From an uncultured Clostridia bacterium (GTDB lineage Bacteria > Bacillota > Clostridia > Oscillospirales > CAG-272): 42,101 nt of DNA. A program made the translations under genes and the position numbers. Positions 9,244 to 17,828 of this stretch are shown in pieces. Each line of letters begins with the position of its first letter. The first letter of the stretch is position 1. Under the pieces are notes generated by a model, which ran no database searches, had not been told where the DNA came from, and saw nothing but the letters and a program-made list of their open reading frames with translations. The stretch covers positions 1-42,101 of the forward strand of contig CALXKW010000002.1 in the NCBI GenBank assembly GCA_944389045.1. The letters run 5' to 3'.

Positions 9244-11244
9244 ATGAAATTGCCATTAGAAAACACTGCGGAAATATTGGATCATCAGATCAGCGGTTTC
9301 CGTATATTTGAATTCCCTTCGGCAACTCCGGCGTTTATCAGTCAAAATTTTTGTGAAATGGTGGGATATTCAAAAGATGAGCTCACCGGGGAACGAGCCA
9401 TCGCTTATTCTTCCTTGATCCATCCCGCAGACCAAGAGATATACGGTCGCTATTTGGCGGGCCTTGCAGCGAACATGCAATCGGCTTCTGCGGAGTACAG
9501 AATCGTCAAAAAGGACGGCTCCGTGATTTCCGTACGGGATACGATGACGCTGAAAAACGATGAAAACGGAAGGACAGTCGGATATTCTGTTTTGACCGAT
9601 ATTACGGCCATAAGAGCCGAGAATGAAAATCTGCGATTCCTCAATGAAACCGTTCCGTGCGGTATGCTCAAATATACGTGTGATAAAAACCCCAAGATCA
9701 CATACATAAATAAGCAGATGCTTGCCATGCTTCGCTTTCCCGAGGTCAAGGAGGGAGAGCTTGACTATTTCGAGCTATACAAGGATAACATCTATCTTAT
9801 GATTCCGATTGAGGAAAGACGGAATTTCGCGCACTATCTGCATCAGGTATATACCAAAGGGGTTCCGATCACCGGGGAAATGACGGTGGTTCGCTGTGAC
9901 GGGACGCGGGCGCGTCTTTACGGATGGGTAACGAAGATTACAGACAGGGATGGGAATGAAGAATTTCAAAGCGTTTGCATGGATGTGACCGAGCGTTATC
10001 AGGAAAGAATGGCAAGTGCTACCGAACACTACCTTAAAGCACTCTCCGATGTTTATGAAAAAATATTTGAATATGATTTCACAAATCACACGGTAAAATA
10101 TGTATCGGGCGGCTCCGCCACCTTCAGCAGAATTCGAAATCTGCCGATGCAGATGGAGGAAGCTACCGAGCAATGGATCAAGAATACTGTGTATAAAGAA
10201 GATCGTAATAGGATGCACGAATTCTTTTCGGGTGTATTTGCACGAAGAATGTCGGAGGGCGGCGGTCGTCCTCCGCAGGTCAAATACCGTGTAAAAAAGA
10301 ACGATTCGATTCTTTGCTATAGCGGTATTTTTTTGAAAATATCTTCAGGTGTTTCGCTTTTCTGCTGCAGAAACGAACAAAATGAGCAGGAGGCCGATTT
10401 TCTCCGTACAGAGAATCTTTCGTTAAGAAACAGAACGGAAAACATTCAGGAAATGATGATGCGGTACAACGACGGCGTCGCCGCCTTTGAGGTAACCGAG
10501 GAGTATGTAACACCTCTCTATGCAAGTGATAACGTATGTGAGTTCTTCGGCGTTACCAAGGAGGAATGGCTGAACCTCATGAAAAAAAGCACCTCGATCA
10601 AGGAATTCGTTTCCCGCTGTACGGTTGATTATGAAAAATTCTCCGAGTTGCTGCGAAACGGAGAGGCGGAATTTACCTATTACGATATTGGCGGTGATAC
10701 CGAGCAGCGTATCAAGGCGATCTGTTCCCAGAAGCACGCCGATGGAGATTGTCCTCGCTATGTTATGCTTTATAAAATGGGTGCCGCCAGGAAGCAGGAG
10801 GACACAACCGACGAGCAGCACAAAGTGTATATTAGAACCTTCGGCTATTTTGATGTGTTCATTGACGATAAGCCTATCGCTTTCCGCAATAAAAAAGCCA
10901 AAGAGCTTCTTGCTTTGCTTGTGGATCGCCGAGGCGGGTATGTTACGAGCGAACAGGCAATCGGCTATCTTTGGGAGAATGAGTCTGCAAACGCCGTCAC
11001 CTTAGCGAGATATCGCAAGGAAGCGCTTCGCTTGAAAAACGCACTTGAAGAATACGGTATCGGATATATCATGGAATCGGTGGACGGAAAACGGCGGATC
11101 ATTCCCGAGTACATCGGCTGTGATCTCTATGACTATCTTTCCGGCAACGAAGAATACGCAGGTCTTTTCAAGGGCAGCTATTTAACCGATTATTCTTGGG
11201 GAGAAATGACACTTAACGGGCTTTTGAACGATAATTTGAATTAA
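9244..11244 (+). CDS. multi-PAS-domain transcriptional regulator with C-terminal SARP/OmpR-type winged-helix DNA-binding domain
   Basis: 666 aa. Has an RBS GGGAGG. Several PAS-like blocks each end in a D(I/V)T motif (e.g. ...GYSVLTDITAIRAE, ...QSVCMDVTERYQ). The C-terminus is YIRTFGYFDVFIDDKPIAFRNKKAKELLALLVDRRGGYVTSEQAIGYLWE. Confidence 0.6.
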   Translation: MKLPLENTAEILDHQISGFRIFEFPSATPAFISQNFCEMVGYSKDELTGERAIAYSSLIHPADQEIYGRYLAGLAANMQSASAEYRIVKKDGSVISVRDTMTLKNDENGRTVGYSVLTDITAIRAENENLRFLNETVPCGMLKYTCDKNPKITYINKQMLAMLRFPEVKEGELDYFELYKDNIYLMIPIEERRNFAHYLHQVYTKGVPITGEMTVVRCDGTRARLYGWVTKITDRDGNEEFQSVCMDVTERYQERMASATEHYLKALSDVYEKIFEYDFTNHTVKYVSGGSATFSRIRNLPMQMEEATEQWIKNTVYKEDRNRMHEFFSGVFARRMSEGGGRPPQVKYRVKKNDSILCYSGIFLKISSGVSLFCCRNEQNEQEADFLRTENLSLRNRTENIQEMMMRYNDGVAAFEVTEEYVTPLYASDNVCEFFGVTKEEWLNLMKKSTSIKEFVSRCTVDYEKFSELLRNGEAEFTYYDIGGDTEQRIKAICSQKHADGDCPRYVMLYKMGAARKQEDTTDEQHKVYIRTFGYFDVFIDDKPIAFRNKKAKELLALLVDRRGGYVTSEQAIGYLWENESANAVTLARYRKEALRLKNALEEYGIGYIMESVDGKRRIIPEYIGCDLYDYLSGNEEYAGLFKGSYLTDYSWGEMTLNGLLNDNLN

Positions 11245-11270
11245 TAAGCATAATGACAACCAAGTTCAAC

Positions 11271-11330
11271 AAAAACAGCGCATAAAGAAGTCGGGCGTAC
11301 GATGCCCGTTCGTCTTTATGCGCTGTTTTT
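11271..11330. terminator. long stem-loop, bidirectional rho-independent terminator
   Basis: ACAGCGCATAAAGA (11275-11288) pairs with TCTTTATGCGCTGT (11313-11326). An inner CGGGC/GCCCG hairpin is present. Flanked by an A-run 5' and TTTTT 3'. Confidence 0.75.
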
Positions 11331-11660
11331 ATTTCTTGAAAAGCACTTTTTATGATCTCGTACTATTTTCCCAGTCCAGAGGCTGAAAATTGACGGAACC
11401 TCGCCGCTAGGGCTTCTCGGAGCATGGCGACCCGTAAGCCTCTAATTTTTTCAAGATGTCTTTTCGAGGCGGGCGCCAGGATCTCGGCAGGGAAGTATTG
11501 ATACGGCAGATCTTTCGGAAGATCCAAAACCTGCGTGTACCAACCGGTTTTCCCTCGTCCGCCGCAGAGCTTTCTCGGCGGCGGAAATCCTGCGGTTTCA
11601 AAGCCGCACTTTTTTCACTTTGATAAACCCCATAAACCTACAATAAACGTTTATAACAGA

Positions 11661-11689
11661 TTGACACAAGAGCGAAAACATGATATTAT
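11661..11689 (+). promoter_or_regulatory. near-consensus sigma-A promoter (TTGACA-17 nt-TGaTATTAT) of the small-ORF/giant-ORF operon
   Basis: -35 TTGACA at 11661-11666, a 17-nt spacer, an extended -10 TG at 11681-11682 and TATTAT at 11684-11689. No other gene lies between it and 11843. Confidence 0.6.
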
Positions 11690-11842
11690 AAAATAAATAT
11701 TTATACCTTTTGTTAAAGGAGTGCGAAGAAGAATTTGGTGTAAAAGAAAAGGAATTAAGAGAAAAACTCATAGAAGTATTCGAACTTGACTACTTTTCAT
11801 TTTCCAAGACGGTAGGCTATGCTCAACATTATGGAGACACAT

Positions 11843-12277
11843 ATGGATAATAAAAGCATTCAAATATACGTTGCCCTAAAGCACATGGGCAACGTCACGA
11901 AAAAGGTGAAAGAATATCCTTTTATACTTAACAATACGCCCCGCACGTTTCGGGATCTGATCGAAGAATCGGTAAAGTCTTGTATTGAAGCGTACAAGGC
12001 GCGGGCGAACAATGCGAAAAATCCCGCGCCGCTTAATGACGAGCAGTTTGATGGTATGCGAGAGATCGGCAAGTTTGCTTTCGGCGTTCATTATAATGAA
12101 ATTTCAATTGATGAAACAAAAGCGATTGAAACGGCAATCGAAGCGGCGACGGACGGACTTGTGCGAGTATTCAAAGGAAACGATGAAATAACAGATCTCG
12201 ACGGAGAGATTGATATTACCGAAGGCGATGTCTTTACGTTCGTAAGGCTTACAATGCTTTCAGGCAGAATGTGGTAA
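11843..12277 (+). CDS. hypothetical small protein (144 aa; 152 aa if the ATG at 11819 is used), first gene of the operon
   Basis: Open frame 11819-12277. The ATG at 11843 has GGAG 6 nt upstream. No family was recognised. The stop lies 13 nt before the next ATG. Confidence 0.6.
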   Translation: MDNKSIQIYVALKHMGNVTKKVKEYPFILNNTPRTFRDLIEESVKSCIEAYKARANNAKNPAPLNDEQFDGMREIGKFAFGVHYNEISIDETKAIETAIEAATDGLVRVFKGNDEITDLDGEIDITEGDVFTFVRLTMLSGRMW

Positions 12278-12290
12278 AGGAGGCTTTCCT

Positions 12291-15200
12291 ATGGCAGATA
12301 AGCAGGAAGAAGCTGCACGAAAGGAGGCACTTGCGGCTAAATATGCTGATATCGTGCTCAAGCATAAGGAAAAAGTCAAGGAGAGTTTGAGCGCTGCTCA
12401 ATATGATTTTTTTGAAAATCACGGACAATCTGTTGATACGACAATATATTCCGATCTCGTGGCGGCTATGCGAAATCCGAACACAATACCGTCGGAATAT
12501 ATATCAAAAAAGTTGGGATGGCTTTTTGGTATGGCAATTCCGAGCCGTGAAAAGGATGTTGTTTTGTATTTTGCCGATAAGCTGCAAGAATATCCTTACT
12601 CGGATTCTTACAGTAGAAGATCATTCAGAGCGAAAGGAAACGGCGCATATGCCTCCAAGCTTGCGTATATCATTCGCCAGTATGGCTCTGTTCATATGAA
12701 TATGATCGATGAGCCACTTGAAAAGATTCTGAATAAAGAACTACCCGAAGAAGCCCAAGCTTTCCTCGATGAATATGCTTGGCGCGGATGCGGATATACG
12801 GGTTGGCAGGTAGCATATGCGCTTGACCATAACGACAGCAAGATCGAAGATGCCGTTCGTCGCATTCTGACCGAAGAAAACGGCTCGGGAATGATGACAA
12901 ATGAGCTTGTGCGCGGTGTGGTTTTCAGTCACAGATCTGATTTTCACGAGTTGCTCGGGAAGCTACTCCTTGCGGCTAGACTTCAAGAGGGACTCCGACA
13001 GGTCATCTGCGAAAACGCCGATTACGGGACAAAAGCAGGCTTTCTCACGATTCTGAAAGTAATTGCCGACAATAATTTAATCCGCTTTTCATCCGTAAAA
13101 AGGGCGGTTGGGACTTGGCTCGGCATATTGGCCGAAGAATCCCGCGACCTTGAGCGTGTCAGCGAAAAGAGCGTTCGCCTTATTATCGATTGCTTGGAAA
13201 AAAAGAGCGTACGTGAGGAGTGTCTTGCAACCGAAGATGCGATGATGATATATATCGCTCTTTGGAGTTACGGATTCGACGACATTGACGATGCCATTCA
13301 GAAAATTGTTCATATAGCAGATAACGGCTCTACGCATCAGCTACTTGTATCGGGATATTTCGTGGCAAATCTCGATCTGCCGTATATTTCGAATCAGATT
13401 GCCAAGATTGTGTTGAAGCAACATTACGATCAAGACGAGGTTCTTGCGGTATGGCTTCCTTGCTTTATGTCCACAAGAGTGTCTGCTTTGTGGAACGCCG
13501 TAAGAAACGATCAGCCTATCAAATACAATACTTGGTTTGATAGCAAAGCAGAGATACACGAACATTATCAGCTTATTAAAAACCTCTATTCTGCTTTTTC
13601 CGGCAAGACAAAAACCTTCTCGCCGTGTGTTTTTCCGTGGCATGAAGCCAAAATCGCAAAAAATGCTTTTGCAGAAATTCTTTGTACCTTGGCGGCTCTG
13701 TCGGGTGATAATGATAAGATCGATGAAGCTTGCGTCCTTATCAAAGAATGCAATTCCAATCAACGGCAGTTTTATTTTTCAGCCTTGCTTCGCGAGCCCC
13801 GGACCGCGCTTCAGCACAAAACCGTGCTTGAAGGTCTTGTAGACAGAGAAACATACACCCGCAAATCTGCTTACGATATCGTATCTAAATTGAAACTGTC
13901 GGGCGAGGAGTATCGTTCTATTGAGGAATATTTGCGCTTTAAGGGTGCGGATATCCGTAAATATGTCATAGAGTTATTGCTTAAGCAAAGCGATTCCGAG
14001 CTTACCGCATGCATAGGTAGACTCCTTGAAAATAATAAAGAAGAGGTTCGCCTTGGCGGACTTGATATGCTTTTGCAGCTTAAAAAGGATGCAAAACGCA
14101 GTAAAATCACGGATTCCTTTACGAGCATTTTATCCGAAAGAGCAAAAGCAGATAATCTTCCTTCAAAAGAGAAGATCTTGCTTGATTTTCTTGTTTCCAC
14201 GGAAGCGGAAACGAAAGCGGAAGAAATTGCACTATTCTCCGCAGAGGACAAATATCTGCCCACTGAATTTGAGGCGGAGTATATAGAGCTCTGTGCAAAA
14301 ACCTTTGCGGAATATTTTCCCGAGTCTAGATTGCCCGAACTGATTAGAGGCAAAAAAGGAGGATTTAATCTCTTTGGAAAGATCAAGTCAGCGTTAACCG
14401 ATAATGTTGTTTGCAAGTCCTCGATTGTTGCCGCTATGGATCTGATGTCGCTTTCAAAATTCATTGAAGCACATAAAACCGATTCGTTCACCTGCTCAAA
14501 TGGTGAGGCAATGCTGATCGGTAATATTCAGTATTCTCATCAGTTCATTGATAAAGACGGAAAATTACCTCTTTGGGAACTGTGGCAGGAGTGGATTAAA
14601 ACGAACGGCATTACGAATAAGCGTCTTGTAAGCGCGCTTGTACTGTACCGCGCATATAAACAAAAAACGCGCTTTTCCGAAGCTTGTGTTGATTCGGTCA
14701 GAACCGTGTTTGGCACGGGCTTTGAATACGGCGAGGAGCTTCCGCACTCTGCTATTATGTATATGGTTCTCAATCATATGCTCGGATGCTTACCAAAGGA
14801 AGAACTCACTCAGCTTGCATCTGCACTTGCGATATGGTTTGTCCAATGTGTACCCGATGATATGGTGATGATTCATGCTCCGACACAGCAAAAATTGCCC
14901 GCTCAATTTGAGATGGCACATTTGCTTGCACACGAACAGTTACACCTTGTTTACGGATGGCTGAACTGTAAAAATACTGCCGATCTCAAAAACACCTTCC
15001 CATTAGCCGTTGCCTCTGCTGAACGTTGCGTGGTGGCTTTCAAAAAGATTCCCAAAGAAGAAACGAAAATCGGCAATTCTTATTACTACTTCGGCAACTC
15101 GCGCACCCGTGTTTTGCACGAGCCGTATGAGAGTATGTATGGCTCATACAAGCCACTTGTAGGTGTAAATGCATATTTGTTTGCGGCTTATCAAGGTATT

Positions 15201-17525
15201 ATTACAGAGGCTCAGTTGTTTGAGTTCTTACTTGATGCCGATAATCTGCGCGAATCGATGGAGGCTGTGACAGCAGTCGCTACAACCTGTTACGAAAAGG
15301 GTAAACAAATTTCGGGGCGCGATTCCTACAAGGGTATCCGTAACGCTCATAAGGTTAAAGAATTCCTTGGCAAAAAGGACGCACCGAGTGCGGAGGATAT
15401 GAAGCTCATCGAGTATGTATCTCACATTTATGAAACCGTTATCCCCGTAGTTCTTGCTTCCGAGCTTAGCCGTGGTGATAGCCCAACAGCCTACACCAAA
15501 GGTATTTATGGTATCGCACGTATTTACGGCGCAAAGTATCTCTCGGAGATATTGTCTGCTATGGGTAACGACACTCTTGACAGAACGACATATTGCGGAT
15601 GGGGTGAAGCAAGCGACCGCAAGAGTTCGCTTTCCTATCTTCTTTCCGTATGTATTCCTGCGGACAATGATTCTGTTGATACACTTCGAGCGGCTCTTTG
15701 CGGCAAAAAGATCACAACAAAACGTTTGATCGAGGCGGCGCTATTCTCTCCCGAATGGATTCCGATCATTGGAAAATATCTTGAGATCGAGTCCTTTGAA
15801 TCAGTGTGCTATTACTTTATGGCGCATATGAACGAAAAGTTCGACGAGAAGCGCAAGGCTATGATTGCAAGATTTACACCTCTTTCAGGAGATGAGTTGA
15901 ATCTCGGAGCGTTTGACGTAAATTGGTTCCGTTCCGCATACGATTCCATCGGCGAAAAGGAATTTGATCTGATCTACGATGCTGCAAAGTATATTTCCGA
16001 CGGCGCGAAGCATTCCCGCGCGAGAAAGTATGCAGATGCGACACTTGGCAAATTCGATGTTGACGAAACCGAAAAGACGATTTCCGACAAGCGAAACAAA
16101 GATCTTTTGATGGCATATGCGCTCATACCGCTTAAGGGCGACGATGATATTTGTAGGCGTTATCTCTATATCCAAAGATTCCGTAAGGAAAGCAAGCAGT
16201 TCGGTTCACAGCGTGTAGCGAGTGAAGGCAAAGCGGTAGAAATGGCACTTACCAACCTTGCTATTAACGCGGGATATTCCGATACGATGCGCCTGACTCT
16301 GCGCATGGAGACCAAGGTGATCGACGACAGCCGCGCACTTCTTGAAGAACAGATCATCGAGGGCGTGTCCTTTAAGATCACGCTTGATGAAAACGGCAAG
16401 GCAACACTTGTTTGTGCGAAGGACGGCAAGCAGTTAAAGAGTGTTCCTGCAAAGTTGAAAAAGAATGAAAGTGTAGTGGCTCTTACAGATATGGTCAAGA
16501 CGCTTACCGAGCAGTACAGACGTACACGAGTGATGCTTGAAAGAGCAATGGAAGATTGCACGACCTTTACGTTTGGCGAGCTTTCGGCTCTGTCGGCACA
16601 TCCCGTGGTTTATCCGATGCTCAAAAACCTCGTGCTTGTCAGCCGTGACGCCGTTGGCTTCCTTGCCGACGGAGGTCTTGTAAACGACGGTGGCGAAATA
16701 CAGAAGCTTAACGATAGCGCAGAAATTAAGATTGCCCATCCGTTCGATCTGTATAGCAAGGGCTGTTGGAGAAATTATCAGAAGTATCTCTTTGTAAACA
16801 AGATCGCACAGCCGTTCCGTCAAGTATTCCGCGAACTGTATATCAAAACCGCAGAGGAAATGGATTTGTTCCACTCCCTCAGATACGCCGGAAATCAGAT
16901 ACAGCCTGCAAAAACTGTCGGTGCGCTAAAGAGCCGCCGTTGGGTAGCGGATATTGAAGACGGTCTGCAAAAGGTTTATTACAAAGAGAACATCGTAGCG
17001 CAGATCTATGCACTTGCGGATTGGTTCTCACCTGCGGACATTGAAGCACCCACGCTTGAATGGGTATGCTTCACCAATCGAAAGACGGGTAAAGAACTCA
17101 AGATAGCGGACATCCCCGATATTGTATTCTCGGAAGTTATGCGTGACGTTGATCTTGCTGTCAGTGTAGCGCACGCGGGCGGTGTCGATCCCGAAACAAG
17201 CCACTCTACAATGGAAATGCGCGCTGCAATCCTTTCCTTTGTTCTGCCTATGTTCCGCATAAACAACGTCAAGGTAGAAGGACGTCACGCCATAGTGGAT
17301 GGCAAGCTCGCAGAGTATTCGATCCATCTCGGAAGCGGTGTTGTGCATCAGTTCGGCGGAGCTATGATCCCTGTCTTGCCCATACATTCCCAGCATAGAG
17401 GAAAGATATTCATGCCTTTCGTGGATGACGACCCCAAGACAGCCGAGATCATATCTAAAGTCCTTCTGTTCGCAGAGGACGATAAGATCAAGGATCCGAT
17501 GATTCTGTCGAATATCGGTAAGTAA
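12291..17525 (+). CDS. 1744-aa helical-repeat protein with C-terminal DUF4132-type (MolR/YehI-like) region; function unknown
   Basis: Uninterrupted 5.2-kb ORF with AAGGAGG 7 nt upstream. The C-terminal ~400 aa contain strings I associate with DUF4132: LERAMEDC, HPVVYPMLKNLVLV, IKIAHPFDLY, IAQPFRQVFRELY, FSEVMRDVDLAVSVAHAGG and HLGSGVVH. The rest looks like HEAT/ARM-type helical repeats. The family assignment is from memory, not a search. Confidence 0.8.
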   Translation: MADKQEEAARKEALAAKYADIVLKHKEKVKESLSAAQYDFFENHGQSVDTTIYSDLVAAMRNPNTIPSEYISKKLGWLFGMAIPSREKDVVLYFADKLQEYPYSDSYSRRSFRAKGNGAYASKLAYIIRQYGSVHMNMIDEPLEKILNKELPEEAQAFLDEYAWRGCGYTGWQVAYALDHNDSKIEDAVRRILTEENGSGMMTNELVRGVVFSHRSDFHELLGKLLLAARLQEGLRQVICENADYGTKAGFLTILKVIADNNLIRFSSVKRAVGTWLGILAEESRDLERVSEKSVRLIIDCLEKKSVREECLATEDAMMIYIALWSYGFDDIDDAIQKIVHIADNGSTHQLLVSGYFVANLDLPYISNQIAKIVLKQHYDQDEVLAVWLPCFMSTRVSALWNAVRNDQPIKYNTWFDSKAEIHEHYQLIKNLYSAFSGKTKTFSPCVFPWHEAKIAKNAFAEILCTLAALSGDNDKIDEACVLIKECNSNQRQFYFSALLREPRTALQHKTVLEGLVDRETYTRKSAYDIVSKLKLSGEEYRSIEEYLRFKGADIRKYVIELLLKQSDSELTACIGRLLENNKEEVRLGGLDMLLQLKKDAKRSKITDSFTSILSERAKADNLPSKEKILLDFLVSTEAETKAEEIALFSAEDKYLPTEFEAEYIELCAKTFAEYFPESRLPELIRGKKGGFNLFGKIKSALTDNVVCKSSIVAAMDLMSLSKFIEAHKTDSFTCSNGEAMLIGNIQYSHQFIDKDGKLPLWELWQEWIKTNGITNKRLVSALVLYRAYKQKTRFSEACVDSVRTVFGTGFEYGEELPHSAIMYMVLNHMLGCLPKEELTQLASALAIWFVQCVPDDMVMIHAPTQQKLPAQFEMAHLLAHEQLHLVYGWLNCKNTADLKNTFPLAVASAERCVVAFKKIPKEETKIGNSYYYFGNSRTRVLHEPYESMYGSYKPLVGVNAYLFAAYQGIITEAQLFEFLLDADNLRESMEAVTAVATTCYEKGKQISGRDSYKGIRNAHKVKEFLGKKDAPSAEDMKLIEYVSHIYETVIPVVLASELSRGDSPTAYTKGIYGIARIYGAKYLSEILSAMGNDTLDRTTYCGWGEASDRKSSLSYLLSVCIPADNDSVDTLRAALCGKKITTKRLIEAALFSPEWIPIIGKYLEIESFESVCYYFMAHMNEKFDEKRKAMIARFTPLSGDELNLGAFDVNWFRSAYDSIGEKEFDLIYDAAKYISDGAKHSRARKYADATLGKFDVDETEKTISDKRNKDLLMAYALIPLKGDDDICRRYLYIQRFRKESKQFGSQRVASEGKAVEMALTNLAINAGYSDTMRLTLRMETKVIDDSRALLEEQIIEGVSFKITLDENGKATLVCAKDGKQLKSVPAKLKKNESVVALTDMVKTLTEQYRRTRVMLERAMEDCTTFTFGELSALSAHPVVYPMLKNLVLVSRDAVGFLADGGLVNDGGEIQKLNDSAEIKIAHPFDLYSKGCWRNYQKYLFVNKIAQPFRQVFRELYIKTAEEMDLFHSLRYAGNQIQPAKTVGALKSRRWVADIEDGLQKVYYKENIVAQIYALADWFSPADIEAPTLEWVCFTNRKTGKELKIADIPDIVFSEVMRDVDLAVSVAHAGGVDPETSHSTMEMRAAILSFVLPMFRINNVKVEGRHAIVDGKLAEYSIHLGSGVVHQFGGAMIPVLPIHSQHRGKIFMPFVDDDPKTAEIISKVLLFAEDDKIKDPMILSNIGK

Positions 17526-17541
17526 TCGAAAGAACCTCGTG

Positions 17542-17712
17542 CCAAAATGGCATGAAGATAATATTGTTCTTAAAACGCAAGCGCCGATGATAAACGACTA
17601 CCTATACGAAAAACGCTTCTCCCTACGGGGAAACAAGCGTATCTTACGTAAAATCTACACAACCACACGCGAGAAATGCGAGGAAAAACTCAAGGGGGCT
17701 GATAGCGGATAA
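17542..17712 (+). pseudogene. fragment resembling the N-terminal arm/AP2-like DNA-binding domain of a tyrosine integrase
   Basis: Start-less frame PKWHEDNIVLKTQAPMINDYLYEKRFSLRGNKRILRKIYTTTREKCEEKLKGADSG*. Another frame continues as ADKKAEITAEKAKAK. This matches the '...G-K/R-R...-T-xx-E-xx-EKLK' pattern of integrase N-termini. No catalytic domain follows. Confidence 0.35.
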
Positions 17713-17764
17713 GAAAGCAGAAATCACAGCAGAAAAAGCAAAAGCGAAAACCGCATGAACGCCA

Positions 17765-17795
17765 CAGAGGGCTGACCGCAATGGTCAGCCCTCTG
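17765..17795. terminator. 13-bp perfect hairpin between the convergent genes
   Basis: CAGAGGGCTGACC-gcaat-GGTCAGCCCTCTG followed by TATTT. Sits between the 3' ends of the + strand operon and the - strand 450-aa gene. Confidence 0.5.
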
Positions 17796-17828
17796 TATTT
17801 GGGATGCGGTAAGCAAATAAAAGAGATT

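Noticed and set aside
11710-11850. 46-codon frame in the operon leader (TTG..LKECEEEFGVKEKELREKLIEVFELDYFSFSKTVGYAQHYGDTYG*) overlapping the small gene's start.
   Set aside because: It has no ATG and no RBS before the TTG. The region is purine-rich, which easily gives Glu/Lys-rich open frames. I kept it only as a remote possibility of a leader peptide.
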